Shown here: positions 41,592 to 55,302 of the stretch, one piece after another
Position numbering within the stretch: the first letter of the stretch is position 1
How the letters are laid out: every line of letters begins with the position of its first letter
Translations under genes and position numbers: made by a program
Notes under the pieces: generated by a model
Database searches by the model: none
What the model was told of the DNA's origin: nothing
Seen by the model: the letters and a program-made list of their open reading frames with translations, nothing else
Source: Octopus sinensis
Lineage: Eukaryota
DNA: 64,000 nt
Direction: 5' to 3'
Assembly (NCBI RefSeq): GCF_006345805.1
Contig: NW_021833283.1
Location: 1 to 64,000, forward strand

Positions 41592-41938
41592 ACTGAGCCT
41601 GCCTCAGTAAAGCTGGACTCAAGAATCCTCCTCGTAGTCATAAATCGAGACAGATGAGTGACAACCTGGCCACTGGTGGTGGTGTAACACACCACACTAA
41701 TTATATCTGTCGGGCATGTGGAAGAGAGTGTAATTCGGCAGGAGGACTTAAACGACATGCAAAGGTACATGAAGCCCAGTTACAACTACTGCCGGCTATT
41801 ACCGGTAAAGGTTTTAGTTGCCAATTCTGTACAAGACATTGTAGATCTTTGGCTGGGCTAAAAAGTCACATTTGATCACAGCACCAGTAACAGTTAAGCT
41901 TCGTGCAATGGCTATACTCGATAACGAGGGGGCAGCCA
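41592..41938 (+). mobile_element. RTE-type LINE 3' fragment with two C2H2 zinc fingers
   Basis: [23 protein letters not shown] and FSCQFCTRHCRSLAGLKSHI*SQH, followed by a short 3' UTR with a CTCG..CGAG hairpin and a TA tail. CxxCxRxCxSxxGLxSH is typical of RTE C-termini. Confidence 0.75.
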
Positions 41939-41942
41939 TATA

Positions 41943-41984
<42 letters not shown>

Positions 41985-43059
41985 GCCCTTACTCATACAC
42001 ACACATGAATACAAATGTTATGAAAAAAGTTGTGCTCCAAGTTTGCAGTTTTAAAATATGCGCATGCGTAGCAGCGATCATTTACAAGAAGTAATTGATG
42101 GTCAACTATTTCAGCATTTCGAAGTCCATTATAACAAGTACATTTTTAATTTCAAGTACGGAACTCCCTTCAACTCTTACATAAATACATACATGAAAAC
42201 ACATACATGGGACATACACATATACAAATACAATATTATATATGAATACATGCATAAACGTATAGGTATACATACCAGCACACACCACAAAAGTATATAT
42301 ATATGTGTGTGTGTGTGTGTGTTGTGTATGAGCATGTGCGTATTGGTGAATACCTCATTTTTAGGTAAAATAAGAGTAAATATAAAAAATGAATTGGTGT
42401 CTTTCGAGTAAAAAATTCCTTTTTACTTTATAACAGAAATGAATATGCAAAAGAATTTCTATTTCGTTTTAGTGATGAAAATTAGAAAAATATCCTGGTG
42501 ATTCGTTGGTTCTTTTAACCTTAGCACTTAAAATTCCCAGCATGGTAGCATGCGATTATCAAGTAATATAGCCTTTATAATAATTTTCTGCTTTTATCTT
42601 TCTATTTCATTAGCCAACACAAAACAAAACTGATACGAAAATGAATTCACAAAAGCTGCAGAACTGGGTGACATTCTATAGAATATAAACACATTCCTAG
42701 GTCGAATAATTATTTTAATGACTATGAAATGCAGGTCCACTGGGAAATATAGATTACTACATTAAACTCGTTTTATAAAGGGGTTTCCCAACAAAATTTT
42801 GCATGACGGTTACGTAATAACAACTACAATGGATGTAAAACAATAATAGAAGAAATAAATGAATTCATTGAATTTTAGCACTACATTGATCTTTATGAGT
42901 TAGGAATTTCTGCCGAATTTCCTACACTAACACAAATAAATAAAAGAATAATAATCACTTTGCGTAATGTATCATGAACGTCACACGCAACGACTTTGTC
43001 GTAGTAAAAATTGTGCTCCAAATATGTAAACACTGAGTTATATATACTATAGATTTAGG

Positions 43060-43470
43060 GGCGGCGAGCTGGCAAAATCGTTAGCATGCCGGGCGAAATG
43101 CTTAGCGGTATTTTGTCTGCCGCTACGTTCTGAGTTCAAATTCCGCCGATGTCGACTTTGCCTTTCATCCATTCGGGGTCGATTAAATAAGAACCAGTTA
43201 CGCACTGGAGTCGATATAATCGACTTAATCCGTTTGTCTGTCCTTGTTTGTCCCCTTTATGTTTAGCCCCTTGTGGGTAGTAAAGAAATAGGTATTTCGT
43301 CTGCCGCTACGTTCTGAGTTCAAATTCCGCCGAGGTCGACTTTGCCTTTCATCGTTTCGGAGTCGATTAAATAAGTACCAGTACGCAGTGGGGTCGATAT
43401 AATCGACTTAATCCGTTTGTCTGTCCTTGTTTGTCCCTTCTGTTTTTAGCCCCTTGTGTGTAGTAAAGAA
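43060..43470 (+). mobile_element. SINE family C dimer (tail 1 plus tail 1)
   Basis: A second headless unit begins at 43291 (GGTATTTCGTCTGCCG). Confidence 0.92.
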
Positions 43471-43559
43471 AGATATATTATGGATTTTAACATTGCACCA
43501 GTACTGTCTTATAGCACGAATACACACGGACACACACATACACACACACAGATATGCAC

Positions 43560-43599
<40 letters not shown>

Positions 43600-43693
43600 G
43601 TCAGGGAAACGAACTTCCTATCTAGTGTTCGTTACTGCAACATCCTAATCATTAGTCGATGTGCCTTCACACACACATGCACACGCGCTCATA

Positions 43694-43738
<45 letters not shown>

Positions 43739-43740
43739 TG

Positions 43741-43929
43741 TTTTCTACTCTAGGCACAAGGCCAGTCGATTAGATCGACTCCAGTACGCAACTGGTACAT
43801 AATTTATCGACACCGAAAGGATGAAAGGCTAAGTCTACCGCGCCGGAATTTGAACTCAGAACGTAAAGACAGACGAAATATCGCTAAGCATTTCGCCCGG
43901 CGTGCTATCGTTTCTGCCAGCTCACCGAC

Positions 43930-43975
<46 letters not shown>

Positions 43976-44202
43976 TTCTTTACTGCCCACAAGGGGCTAA
44001 ACACAGAAGGGACAAAGAAGGACAGACAACGGATTAAGTCAATTATATCGACCCCAGTGCGTGATTGATACTTAATTTATCGACCCCGGAAGAATGAAAG
44101 GCCAAGTCGACCTCTTCGGAATTTGAACTCAGAACGTAGCGGCAGACGAAATACGGCTACGTATTTCGCCCGGTGTGCTAACGTTTCTGCCAGCTCGCCG
44201 CC
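43741..44202 (-). mobile_element. Two SINE family C monomers (43741-43928 tail 2; 43973-44202 tail 1) separated by (CA)n
   Basis: Sequence identity to family C. Confidence 0.92.
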
Positions 44203-44203
44203 G

Positions 44204-44255
<52 letters not shown>

Positions 44256-44686
44256 TAGTTCGATTGTGATGTGCCAACGACTGTGCTTATACTTCCACGC
44301 ATAATTAAATATGTCAAGGTAAATTTCTTTTAGCCCTCGTATATTTTCAATGCTTGGGAGACATATTTTGATGTTTCTTTGCGTCAAGTGACATTTTTGT
44401 TTGCAGTACTTTTTCAAAAATTACATCGCACATAAAATTGATAATTATTCCTAAACTAAACTTCCCTTCAGTAAGTGACAATAGGGACAAACAAGAAGTC
44501 AACGATAACGGTAACTGCAATAATTTTAGAGGGAACTGGTATTTGAATTTCAATAAATTTTCAAAAGATACGAAATGCGACGTGGTTATAACTGAAGTTG
44601 CTACGACTTGCGAGCGTCATGACAGACATTTTCCTTTTTGCCAAACGCTATCTTTCTTCTCGTTATTCCATTTGTATTTCTCTCTG

Positions 44687-44731
<45 letters not shown>

Positions 44732-45495
44732 TACTCCCCCTCCCTCTCTCTCTCTCACGCACATTCACACTCTCTCTCTATCTATTTCTTTCTCTTTATA
44801 TCTATTTCTCACTCTATATATTTCTCTCTCAATATATATATTTCTCTCTCTTTCTATCTATCTATCTATCTATCTATTTCTCACTCCCTCTCTCTCCCGA
44901 TTGTTGCGTTCATTTCTTTCACCTTTCTCTCCTCTCACCGCATGAGTTCTGTGAATCATTCGGCTATAACTGCACACTCAATGAAGCTTGACAAGCATCG
45001 TCTAATCGCATGTCTGCATTTCAATTTAATAATAATAATGATACTAAAAATATCTATAATAATAACAATAAGAACAATGAGGTATTATTGGAGTTTAATA
45101 TATTTTTATATTCTTAAAATGTTTAATACATATTTTTTTCCTGTCTATCACGCAGCGCTCGTTATCTGTCACTTCTGCTTATTGCTTTTGCTATATTTTT
45201 TTATTGAAATTTTGTTTTAATATTTTAGGCTATTAAATTGCGTTATAAAACAGAAGGGACAGAAGAGTATTGCTGTGAAGACACGATATTTAGGGAGATA
45301 GCAGATGTTAAATTATAAATTTTATGAAATTTAGTTTCGTTAAGTTCAAGTCCTTGAAGGCTTGACATTTGCTAATTTTATCACTTGGTCTTCAGTATAG
45401 TATACACCGTATTACAACAAATCAGTTTTGTACGATACATTCAGTCGTTTGAAATGCGCCATTGTGTTAAGTTAAATTATATAGTTATATTCTAA

Positions 45496-45911
45496 GGCGG
45501 CGACTGGCAGAGACGTTAGCACGCTGGGCGAAATATTTAGAGGTATTTCATTTGCCGTTACGTTCAAATTCCAGCGATATCGACTTTGCCTTTCATCCTT
45601 TCGGGGTCGATAAACTAAGTACCAGTTACGCACTGGGGTCGATGTGATTGACTTAATCCTTTTGTCTGTCCTTGTTTGCCCCCTCAATATTTAGCGTTTT
45701 GTGGGCAATGAAATAAATAAGAAACTTTAGCACGCCGAGCGAAATACAGTATTTCGTCTGCCGTTACGTTGTGAGTTCAAATTCTGCCGAGGTCGACTGT
45801 GCCATTCATCCTTTCGGGGTCGATAAATATAGTTCCAGTTGCGTACTGGGGCGGTTTAATTGACTGGCTCCTTCCCCCAAAATTTCGGGCCTTGTGCCTA
45901 TTATAGAAAAG
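45496..45911 (+). mobile_element. SINE family C dimer (tail 1 plus tail 2)
   Basis: Two cores. Flanking direct repeat TATATAGTTAT at 45478-45488 and 45912-45922. Confidence 0.88.
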
Positions 45912-46309
45912 TATATAGTTATCTGTTATATATAGAATATAAAACTAATAAAGATACCCTTGACATAAAGCTGATATCATTTCCCAACTGTAGCAATTTC
46001 ATTTACACACCTAACACTAGTTGGAAAGCACGATCATTATATCTGCATATAATATATGGCTAGATTTAATAGAAAAAAATCGTGATTAATTAAGAGGAGT
46101 GACAATTACCAGTTGGCGATGGGAAGTGGTTCTCAATGCAAATATATATACATATACTTTTTCCAGTGATGAAAAGTCACTGATCTCGAAAAATTGGAAA
46201 CAAGCAAAAATAAATATCTGAGCGACGTATAAACATTAGCTGCACGACCTCGTGAAGTACATTTGCCATCTAAATGTGGGTAACCCTTAAGAGTTGATGT
46301 TACTGTAGC

Positions 46310-46473
46310 TTGTAGACCCAGGAAGACATCTCCAGCTGGATATTGACACACTTTTTGTGTCCTAACACTCGATTCCGTGTGTATCACGTCAGGCTGGAGA
46401 GGGAAAAGATACTGATAGGGCACAGAAAATGTGTCAATAACCAGCTGGAGAAGATGTCTTCCTGGGACTACAA
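46310..46473. repeat. Fold-back/MITE-like inverted repeat (~60-bp arms, ~41-nt spacer)
   Basis: 46310-46369 (TTGTAGACCCAGGAAGACATC---TCCAGCTGGATATTGACACA...) pairs with the reverse complement of 46411-46473. Confidence 0.88.
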
Positions 46474-46480
46474 TCTATAC

Positions 46481-46518
<38 letters not shown>

Positions 46519-47474
46519 CTTTATACATATATATATATATATAAACACACACACATACATACATATATAACTGTGCGTGCGTGTGTCTATGAATTTCTTG
46601 CGTCTGATTTCGTTCTCCCACCGCTTGAAACCCCACAGGTGGTGTTGGGTTGTTTACCTCCTTTTCATGTAGTGATTCGGGCAAATGTGTTTATAATATA
46701 AGCACCAGGCTTAAAAAATATGTACAGGGTCTGAATTCTTCGACAAACGCTTTCAATGCAGTGCGTCAACATGGCCACAGTTCAAATCCGAGAAAATTAA
46801 AGCATAAATAACAAATATTTCTGTAAGAGAAATTTTATATTTTTAAGGATAAGGTCAGAACGGACCTAAAATATGAATATAGCAGTTCGTCAAATGTTGT
46901 GGGAAAATTTTTATCTGAGCGAAATAAGTAGTCGGGGAAATATTATATCCTTCGATGCGGGGCATCCATCTGGGCCATCGTAAGCGACTGAAAATGGTGT
47001 AAATGAATAAAATAATATAGATTCAATAGACAAAGGATCAATGCTGTGTGGGTAGCAGTACATTGAACTGTATCATCAATATGATATCTTATATCCTTAT
47101 ATCAGATCTGAAATGATAAAAAAAAAAAAATGCAATTTTTGGCAGCATTTGAACTTGAAGCTAAGAAGATACAAACTAAATAAGCTGTAATACATTTAGT
47201 CTGACAGTCTGCTGTCTCAGCACATTCAACTACTCAAAACCATTATATCCATTCTTCTATTTCTTTACTTTCAGTAATGTTCTGGAAGACAGTTTAAGCT
47301 AGGAATATTACCATTTTGATTGTCAGCCTAATATCAAAATCTCACATTTTGCTTTCAAATATTTTCACTTCGCTCTTAATCAATTGTATACAATACTGAA
47401 ATATATACAATTTGAATCAGGAACCCATTAGTGTAAACTATAATTTTGTAATGTAATATACGGATGAAACTAAG

Positions 47475-47600
<126 letters not shown>

Positions 47601-47701
47601 TTGTTTCATACGTCTACATGTCTAAATAACTCTTGCTAACTGTATTTCTTCCCCACATCTCTATGTGAGCATGTGTTTGTGTATGTATATATGCGCGCGT
47701 G

Positions 47702-47743
<42 letters not shown>

Positions 47744-47815
47744 TATATGTACATATATATATATATACATACATATATATATATATACATATATATATAT
47801 ATTATATATATATAT

Positions 47816-47849
<34 letters not shown>

Positions 47850-47866
47850 ATATATATGTATATATA

Positions 47867-47905
<39 letters not shown>

Positions 47906-47958
47906 GATATATGTACATATATATACATATATATATGTAGATATATATATATATATAA

Positions 47959-47994
<36 letters not shown>

Positions 47995-48648
47995 CATACA
48001 TACATGCATACATACATTGCAAGCTGGAAGCTAGCTACAAGTTGTATTCTCAAGAATTAAATGAAAACACATTGCGATTCACATACGCATTTGAGTGTGC
48101 ACCACATAGTAAATGGTGCTTTACTAATATATAAACACAAAATAGTATAAGTGAGCTCTCTCTTTTTCTATCTCTCCTTTCTTTCCTTCTCTTCATTCTC
48201 TTCTCTCTACTCCCTCTACATCTCTCTTTCTCTCTCCCTTTCCACACACACACACACACTCTCTCTCTCTCTCTATCTATCTATCCGTGATGATATGTAC
48301 ACGGGGTTATATTTTTCTTATGTCACTTCAGAATATGCTTCTATCTGCACATAGCAACAAGAAAATGTTCCACACTTTGTAGAAGTGGTCTTTGTATGGT
48401 AGCGATATCGTATAATGTTTTATGAATTATAGCATTATAATAGATAAATTGTATATGATAGGAATTTAGAAGGATGAAAAAAATGTCGACAACATTTGAT
48501 TTTGCTAATACGGGGAGAAGAAGCCAACACCATGCCGTAACTCCTGTTAAATATCAATGATTATTAGATATAATTATGCTACAAGTGGCGCAAATATTGT
48601 GTGTGACAGCTACACGTCTATTTTATGTAAGATATAAAGTCTATCCCA

Positions 48649-49041
48649 GTGGAGGCGCAATGGCCCAGTGGTTAGGGCAGCGGACTCGCGGTCATAGGAT
48701 CGCGGTTTCGATTCCCAGACCGGGCGTTGTGAGTGTTTATTGAGCGAAAACACCTGAAGGTCCACGAGACCGGGCGTTGTGAGTGTTTATTGAGCGAAAA
48801 CACCTGAAGGTCCACGAGTCCCTGCTGTACTCTTTCACCACAACTTTCTATCACTCTTACCTGTATTTCAAAGGGCCGGCCTTGTCACTCTCTGTGTCAC
48901 GCTGAATATCCCCGAGAACTACGTTAAGGGTACAAGTGTCTGTTGAGTGCGCAGCCACTTACACGTTAATTTCACGAGCAGGCTGTTCCGTTGATTCGGA
49001 TCAACCGGAACCCTCGTCGTCGTAACCGACGGAGTGCTTCC
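48649..49041 (+). mobile_element. SINE family A, full head, with internal 50-bp tandem duplication
   Basis: A box TGGCCCAGTGG and B box GGTTTCGATTCCC. 12-bp TSD AAAGTCTATCCC at 48636-48647 and 49042-49053. Duplication at 48717-48766/48767-48816. Confidence 0.93.
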
Positions 49042-49229
49042 AAAGTCTATCCCGTTTTAAGTTTTTGCTAATAAAGGTACATGTCGCAATTCATACGTGC
49101 TTAGGTGTCATAGGTAGAGATCAGAACATGAGTCTCTCATACTTTAGATTCTTGGTATAATTTACTTTATGATTGCTTCCAGTTTTCGCTTCTGAGTATT
49201 TTCCTCTGTACGTGTATGTGCGTGTGTGC

Positions 49230-50000
49230 ATGCTGGGTGCGCCCAAAATGCATACACACAATGAATGGGATAAAATCAGTGTTTATTTAAATAAATTTAA
49301 TCTTCAAAATTTAATAGGATCCGCACAGAATTTTCACGAACATCTGTTTTCGGATTGATGACCGATCTGGTCCAGACATTATTGATAAGGTAAAGCAATG
49401 GAATAGTTCGGTCCCTGTGCGAATTATTCATGGGCTGTCGACACTCATTTGCTTTGTTCTATAAAATTTATATTTATAAAAGTCTATAACACAAGTTTTG
49501 GTACTGTGAGGTCCGGTGAACGCGGATTGTATTCCGTTTGGAAAAATCTCATCAAAGCAGACCCTTGCATTACTATGGTTGTATCAGAGTGCCCTCATGT
49601 TGCTGGACTTAATCTCTAAATCTGAAAGTCCCTCTGAATAAATGCCATGAGAAATTGTGGCTGCGATTTCAAGTAAATGAACCCAGTTTCATTTAATCCA
49701 TTGGATAAGTCACACCATACGGTAGCATTTGGTAAACTAACATGATTTTCCTCTGTAATATGTAAATTCTTAGACCCCCCCCCAGCAGCTGCAAATGCGG
49801 CGGTTACTCGAGCCATTTAATTGAAACGTATCTTCATTACTCTGAATAATATTGTTGTGTACTTTCTACGCATCTTGCCAAATACCAGCTGCCAAAGTCC
49901 AAGACTTTGATATAGATCATCTTTCTTTGAGAGCATAGACTATTCGTGGAATTAACTTCATATCTCAGCTTGCTGCACAAATTTTCTTTAGCTCTGGTAA
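49230..50000 (-). mobile_element. Tc1/mariner transposon remnant
   Basis: The frameshifted minus-strand translation NIIQSNEDTFQLNGSSNRRICSCW..SKNLHITEENHVSLPNATVWCDLS matches the 'FSDE..F.LNG.VN..N...W...NPH......V.VWC' pattern. A TIR-like GGGTGCGCCCAAAA lies at about 49235. Confidence 0.65.
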
Positions 50001-50006
50001 AATATT

Positions 50007-50417
50007 TATTCTCTTTTACTCTTTTACTTGTTTCAGTCATTTGACTGCGGCCATGCTGGAGCACCGCCTTTAATCGAGCAACTCGACCCCGGGACTTATT
50101 CTTTGTAAGCCCAGTACTTATTCTATCGGTCTCTTTTGCCGAACCGCTAAGTAACGGGGACATAAACACACCAGCATCGGTTGCCAAGCAATGATAGGGG
50201 GACAAACACAGACACACAAACGCACACACGCATATATATATATATACATATATAGGACGGGCTTCTTTCAGTTTCCGTCTCCCAAATCCACTCACAAGGC
50301 ATTGGTCGGCTCGAGGCTATAGAAGAAAACACTTGCCCAAGGTGCCACGCAGTGGGACTGAACCCGGAACCATGTGGTTGGTAAGCAAGCTACTTACCAC
50401 ACAGCCACTCCTGCGCC
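50007..50417 (-). mobile_element. SINE family D
   Basis: Reverse complement of 20848-21260. Confidence 0.92.
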
Positions 50418-50456
50418 TATATATATAGGGAATTCTGGAAGGTCTACCTCCCGATT

Positions 50457-50820
50457 ATGGAATTGAAAGCGATACTAACCGTCGAATTGGATAGCATTGC
50501 ATCATACCAAACATACCGTCTTCTTAATCCGAATAAGGAGCCCACTAATATCTTGCGTTTCAGGGGCCCGGAACTATTCAATGTTCTACTAAGCAGCCTC
50601 AGAGATTTGCCGAGCGTAGATATGGACTTCCTCAAAGTACGACGGGAAAATCTTTTATCTGGGAAACCAGACGAATCGACACAGCAGCAGTCTGCAAAAA
50701 GAAGAGGGACTCCAACCAACTCGTTTCTGTACTAGAAACAATACTGAGAGGAAACCCAATCATAGCATAGCTTAATCCTCTGACTGAAACATACTTGTAT
50801 ACATAGCATGGCCTAAAACT
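50457..50820 (+). mobile_element. CR1-group LINE ORF2 3' end remnant
   Basis: FRGPELFNVL.SSLRDL..VDMDFLK.....LLSGKPDE.......TPTNSF fits the GP.LFN.LP..LR....FK..LD..L..IPDEP...NS C-terminal motif. Confidence 0.7.
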
Positions 50821-51660
50821 TTGGTTCAAGCAACGAATAATACATTGAAACGATATATATATGTATATGTATGTATGTATGTATGAATGTATGTATGTAT
50901 GTATGTATGTATGTATGTATGTATGTATGTATATATAATTGTTCACAATTTTCTGTCTACTATATAATCAGTGAGAGTACATAGCACAGTAGTTGCAAGA
51001 GGAGAAGGGAAAATTAAATTTTATATGAGAATATAAATAATGATGATAATGATGATGATGATGACGAGGAGGATGATGATAATGATGATGATGATGATGA
51101 TGATGACTACGACGAAAATATTTTATGAAGATACCATTTTTAATGCACATTTTATTGTACATCGCACCACAAATTATAAACAAAACAGCTCCTACAAAAT
51201 AACCTCACTTCCACAAACACTTCCATGAAAAACTCCAACCACTACACCCAACGCTACCACCGGCAGCAGAGCCTCCACTCATTAATATCAATCACCACCG
51301 TCGTCGTCATCATCATCTCATCATCATCGTCGTTGTCGTCATCACAAATCCAACAACTGAGTTGTTTTAATAAAATATTATCAAATATACTAATAAAAAC
51401 AATATTCGCAGATTATTAATAACAATGTTAAATACAAAAATATTTAATAATATTTATAATAATGATAATTAAGTGGTTTTATGATGCAGTTCTATTCTAA
51501 CATACTTGTATATACAGGCTTCATACACGCACATCGCATTCACACTCAAATATACATACCTATGCGTGTGTGTGTGTGAGTGTGAGGTCCGTGTATGTAT
51601 GTATATAGACATTATTGAATATGTATAATATATATATATATAATATATATATATATATAT

Positions 51661-51717
<57 letters not shown>

Positions 51718-51733
51718 GTGCATGTGTGTGCGT

Positions 51734-51767
<34 letters not shown>

Positions 51768-51799
51768 CTATCTATCTATATATATATATATATATATAG

Positions 51800-51836
<37 letters not shown>

Positions 51837-51895
51837 ATATATAATATATATATATATTATATATATATATATGTATATATACATATCTATCTATC

Positions 51896-51927
<32 letters not shown>

Positions 51928-52712
51928 GTATATTACACATATTCAAATATATACAAATAAATACATTATGCATACATATGTATATGTATATATATGTATA
52001 TATAAATATAAATGTACATACATATATACATACATATTTAACCTTACAGACATAGGCTGAAATATAGTAATGGAATAGAATTAATACAAGTGGGGGTAGT
52101 TAATGAAATTCAAGAATGAATGTTAGGTGTAGGGTTTGCTGTTTTATTGAGAGATCAGGCTTTCGGAACTGGTAATTGGATGGAGGAAAAGCGGTGTGGG
52201 GAATGACGTTGTGGAAGTGAAATTGAAACAGAGCAGTAATGGGAGTAATTGTGATGAGGTGAATTAGAAGCTGCAATTCCAATTTGGCGAAAGGTTGGTC
52301 CGATCTCTAAAACCTGCGGCGCACACATTCACGATCCTAAGCCTCGGTTTGATGAACATGAATCATTTGTGTTTTTGTGGTCGGAAGGGGGTTCATTTTT
52401 TTTCTTATTATTTGCACTTTGCTTCAATTCTGAGAAGTGGGTGGTATGGAACTTTTGCAGGCTTCTGTGTACGGATTAATTATCATCAAGTTCTTTCTAA
52501 TCATGGTGCTGATAATATAGTATTTTTGGTGGTTGCTTGAACACGTGTTGGTTATGTTTGTCATAGTACTGCTAGTTGTCTTGTGGTTATGGCTGGTAGT
52601 GGTGCTGATATTGTTAGTGGCTCTCGAGCTGATTTTCAACATTGTAGTGCTAGCTGCATTGATACTGATGCTGTCCTAAGAGCTCTTCATGGTAATAATG
52701 TTGGCAATCTAA

Positions 52713-53107
52713 GGCGGCGAGCTGGCAGAAACGTTAACACGCCGGGCGAAATGCGTAGCCGTATTTCCTCTGCCGTTACGTTCTGAGTTCAAATTCCGCC
52801 GAGGTCGACTTTGCCTTTCATCCTTTCGGGGTCGATTAAATAAGTACCAGTTACGTACTGGGGTCGATATAATCGACTTAATCTGCTTGTCTGTCCTTGT
52901 TTGTTTCCTCTGTGTTTAGCTCCTAGTGGGTAGTAAAGAAATAGGTATTTCGTATGTCTTTACGTTCTGAGTTCAAATTCCGACGATGTCGACTTTGCCT
53001 TTCATCCTTTCGGAGTCGATATATTAAATACCAGTCAAGTACTGGGATCGATCTAATCGACTGGCTCCCTCCCCAAAATTTCGGGCCCTGTGCATAGAGG
53101 AGAAAAG
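52713..53107 (+). mobile_element. SINE family C dimer (tail 1 plus tail 2)
   Basis: Flanked by a 15-bp TSD AATAATG(T/A)TGGCAAT at 52694-52708 and 53108-53122. Confidence 0.92.
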
Positions 53108-54367
53108 AATAATGATGGCAATAGTGATAATGGTTGCGATGTCGACTGCGGTGAATGTGATGGCTGTCAAATTTTGCTAACGGTGATGTGAGAGGTAATG
53201 GAATGGTCAAGTGACGGATGTGTTGTTCATATATTGGTGCTGTTGATAGTGATAGTGATGAAAATGATAGTACAGGCTTGAAAAACTTCATTGTGATGAT
53301 ATTGGTAGCGGTAGTAGTGACGGTGGGTTCTGCTGGAGGCGATGATGAAGTTGCTGGTAATGGAGGAGATGGTAATGAAGGTTGTAAAGATGAAGGTGAT
53401 GGTGATGAAGTGATGATGCTGACGTTGATGATGAAGGAGTTGGTAATATTTAAAGTGGTGGTGTTGAAGCTGGATACGAGTAAGATCAGGAGTGATCAGG
53501 TGCTGATGGCGCCGTCATAAAGAGCTTGGTGGAGATGGTGATTATGTGGTCTTGGTGAAATTGATAGTGAAGGTCGCAGCGATGAAGCTGTTCACGGAAG
53601 TGGAGGTGGTGGATATGGTAGTAATAAAGGTGGAGGTAATCATGGTAGTAATGATGCATTTCCGCCTTTGATGAACCGACTAAAAGTCCTCATTTTCGAA
53701 TCTACTTTTATCAATTCTGTATCATCAAATCATTTTCTCCTAAGACTTTCCTTTATTTAACCGAACAGGTAGATGCTGACGTGTGTCAGCTCCATGTCGT
53801 ATGGTGGATAGAAGATTAATGATCGATCTAATTTGTTGATTACCAGATTTGTTACGAATGATTGTGTGTGTTTGCACACTATCACCGTTAATATAGAGCG
53901 TCTTCAAATTTTTGTTTGCAGTATTTCTTTTTTATGAATTGTATTGTTATATAGCATATTGTTAAATTTCGAGATGGTCATTTTTTTCTTTTTATTTCTG
54001 CCAAATAAACACACGCACTATATATTCGTTCTTCACTCGCTTATACTTATTCTTATTTTTTCTTATATCCTTTGTATGGAAATCTTTCTTCACACACCTG
54101 CGATCTCTTCAGAAAAAGAAAAAGATCATCTCGAAATTTAACAATATCTGTTTCAACATATGATTTCTCATCAGAAAGCAAATACATAAACGTAAATTTC
54201 CATAAGCCTTTTTTGTAGTATCTCGATGTACGGTGCGTTGCTTACAGTATAGCTATGTACCAGAAAATCAAGCAGAATGACGTTATTATCCTCTCGCTTC
54301 CAATGAAAAGCATCCACCATTAAATTCTGTGTCGATCGCTGATTCTTGAACGCCTTAAGAGCTGGCG

Positions 54368-54707
54368 GCGGACTCGCGGTTTCGATTTCCAGACCGGGCG
54401 TTGTGAGTGTTTATTGAGCGAAAGCACCTAAATGCTCCACGAGGCTCCGGCAGGGGATGGTGGTGATCCCTGCTGTACTCTTTCACCACAACTTTATCTC
54501 ACTCTTACTTCCTGTTTCTGTTGTACCTGTATTTCAAAGAGCCGGCCTTGTCACGCTCTGTGTCACGCTGAATATCCCCGAGAACTACGTTAAGGGTACA
54601 CGTGTCTGTGGAGTGCTCAGCCACTTACACGTTAATATCACGAGCAGGCTGTTCGGTTGATCGGATCAACCGGAACCCTCGTCGTCGTAACCGACGGAGT
54701 GCTTCCA
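54368..54707 (+). mobile_element. SINE family A, 5'-truncated
   Basis: Matches 48649-49041. Flanked by TAAG(G)AGCTGGCG at 54356-54367 and 54708-54720. Confidence 0.92.
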
Positions 54708-55162
54708 TAAGGAGCTGGCGAGAAAGTGTGATTCCATTGCAATGATTACGCTTTGCATCCGGATCATATATGTATGTCTACATTTTTATCCCTAGTCAAA
54801 AGATCAAAACAAAACGTGCTTTCAGTGGTTTCAAACACTCTCAGTAGATCCCTATAAACCCCTAACTTTCTCTCTTTCAAATTAGGGGTAAGCTCTCCCT
54901 TTTGCTAAAAGTCTTCAACCATCTTCTGTAATGCATTGTGATCACAGTCAATTTGTGCAGCAAACACACGAAGTCTGTCCACAGGTATCTGTCTGTCCCC
55001 TGGTATCAATTTGTCCCCTCAGTAGTAATTCGTTTCATTAGTTGACTGTCTCTCAGTGGGTGGTATATTTTCAGCATTGTTTCCGTTCCTTTAAACTTGT
55101 TATCCATCTGAGCATATTGCTATTTGTGAAGAATGCCATTTCGGACAGTGACCTTGGTAATG

Positions 55163-55222
<60 letters not shown>

Positions 55223-55302
55223 TAATAATAATAATGATAACAGCAACAACAACATCGAAAAATACCTTAGGAATGAGAACCCAGGTTCTAAATTTCCCCC
55301 CA

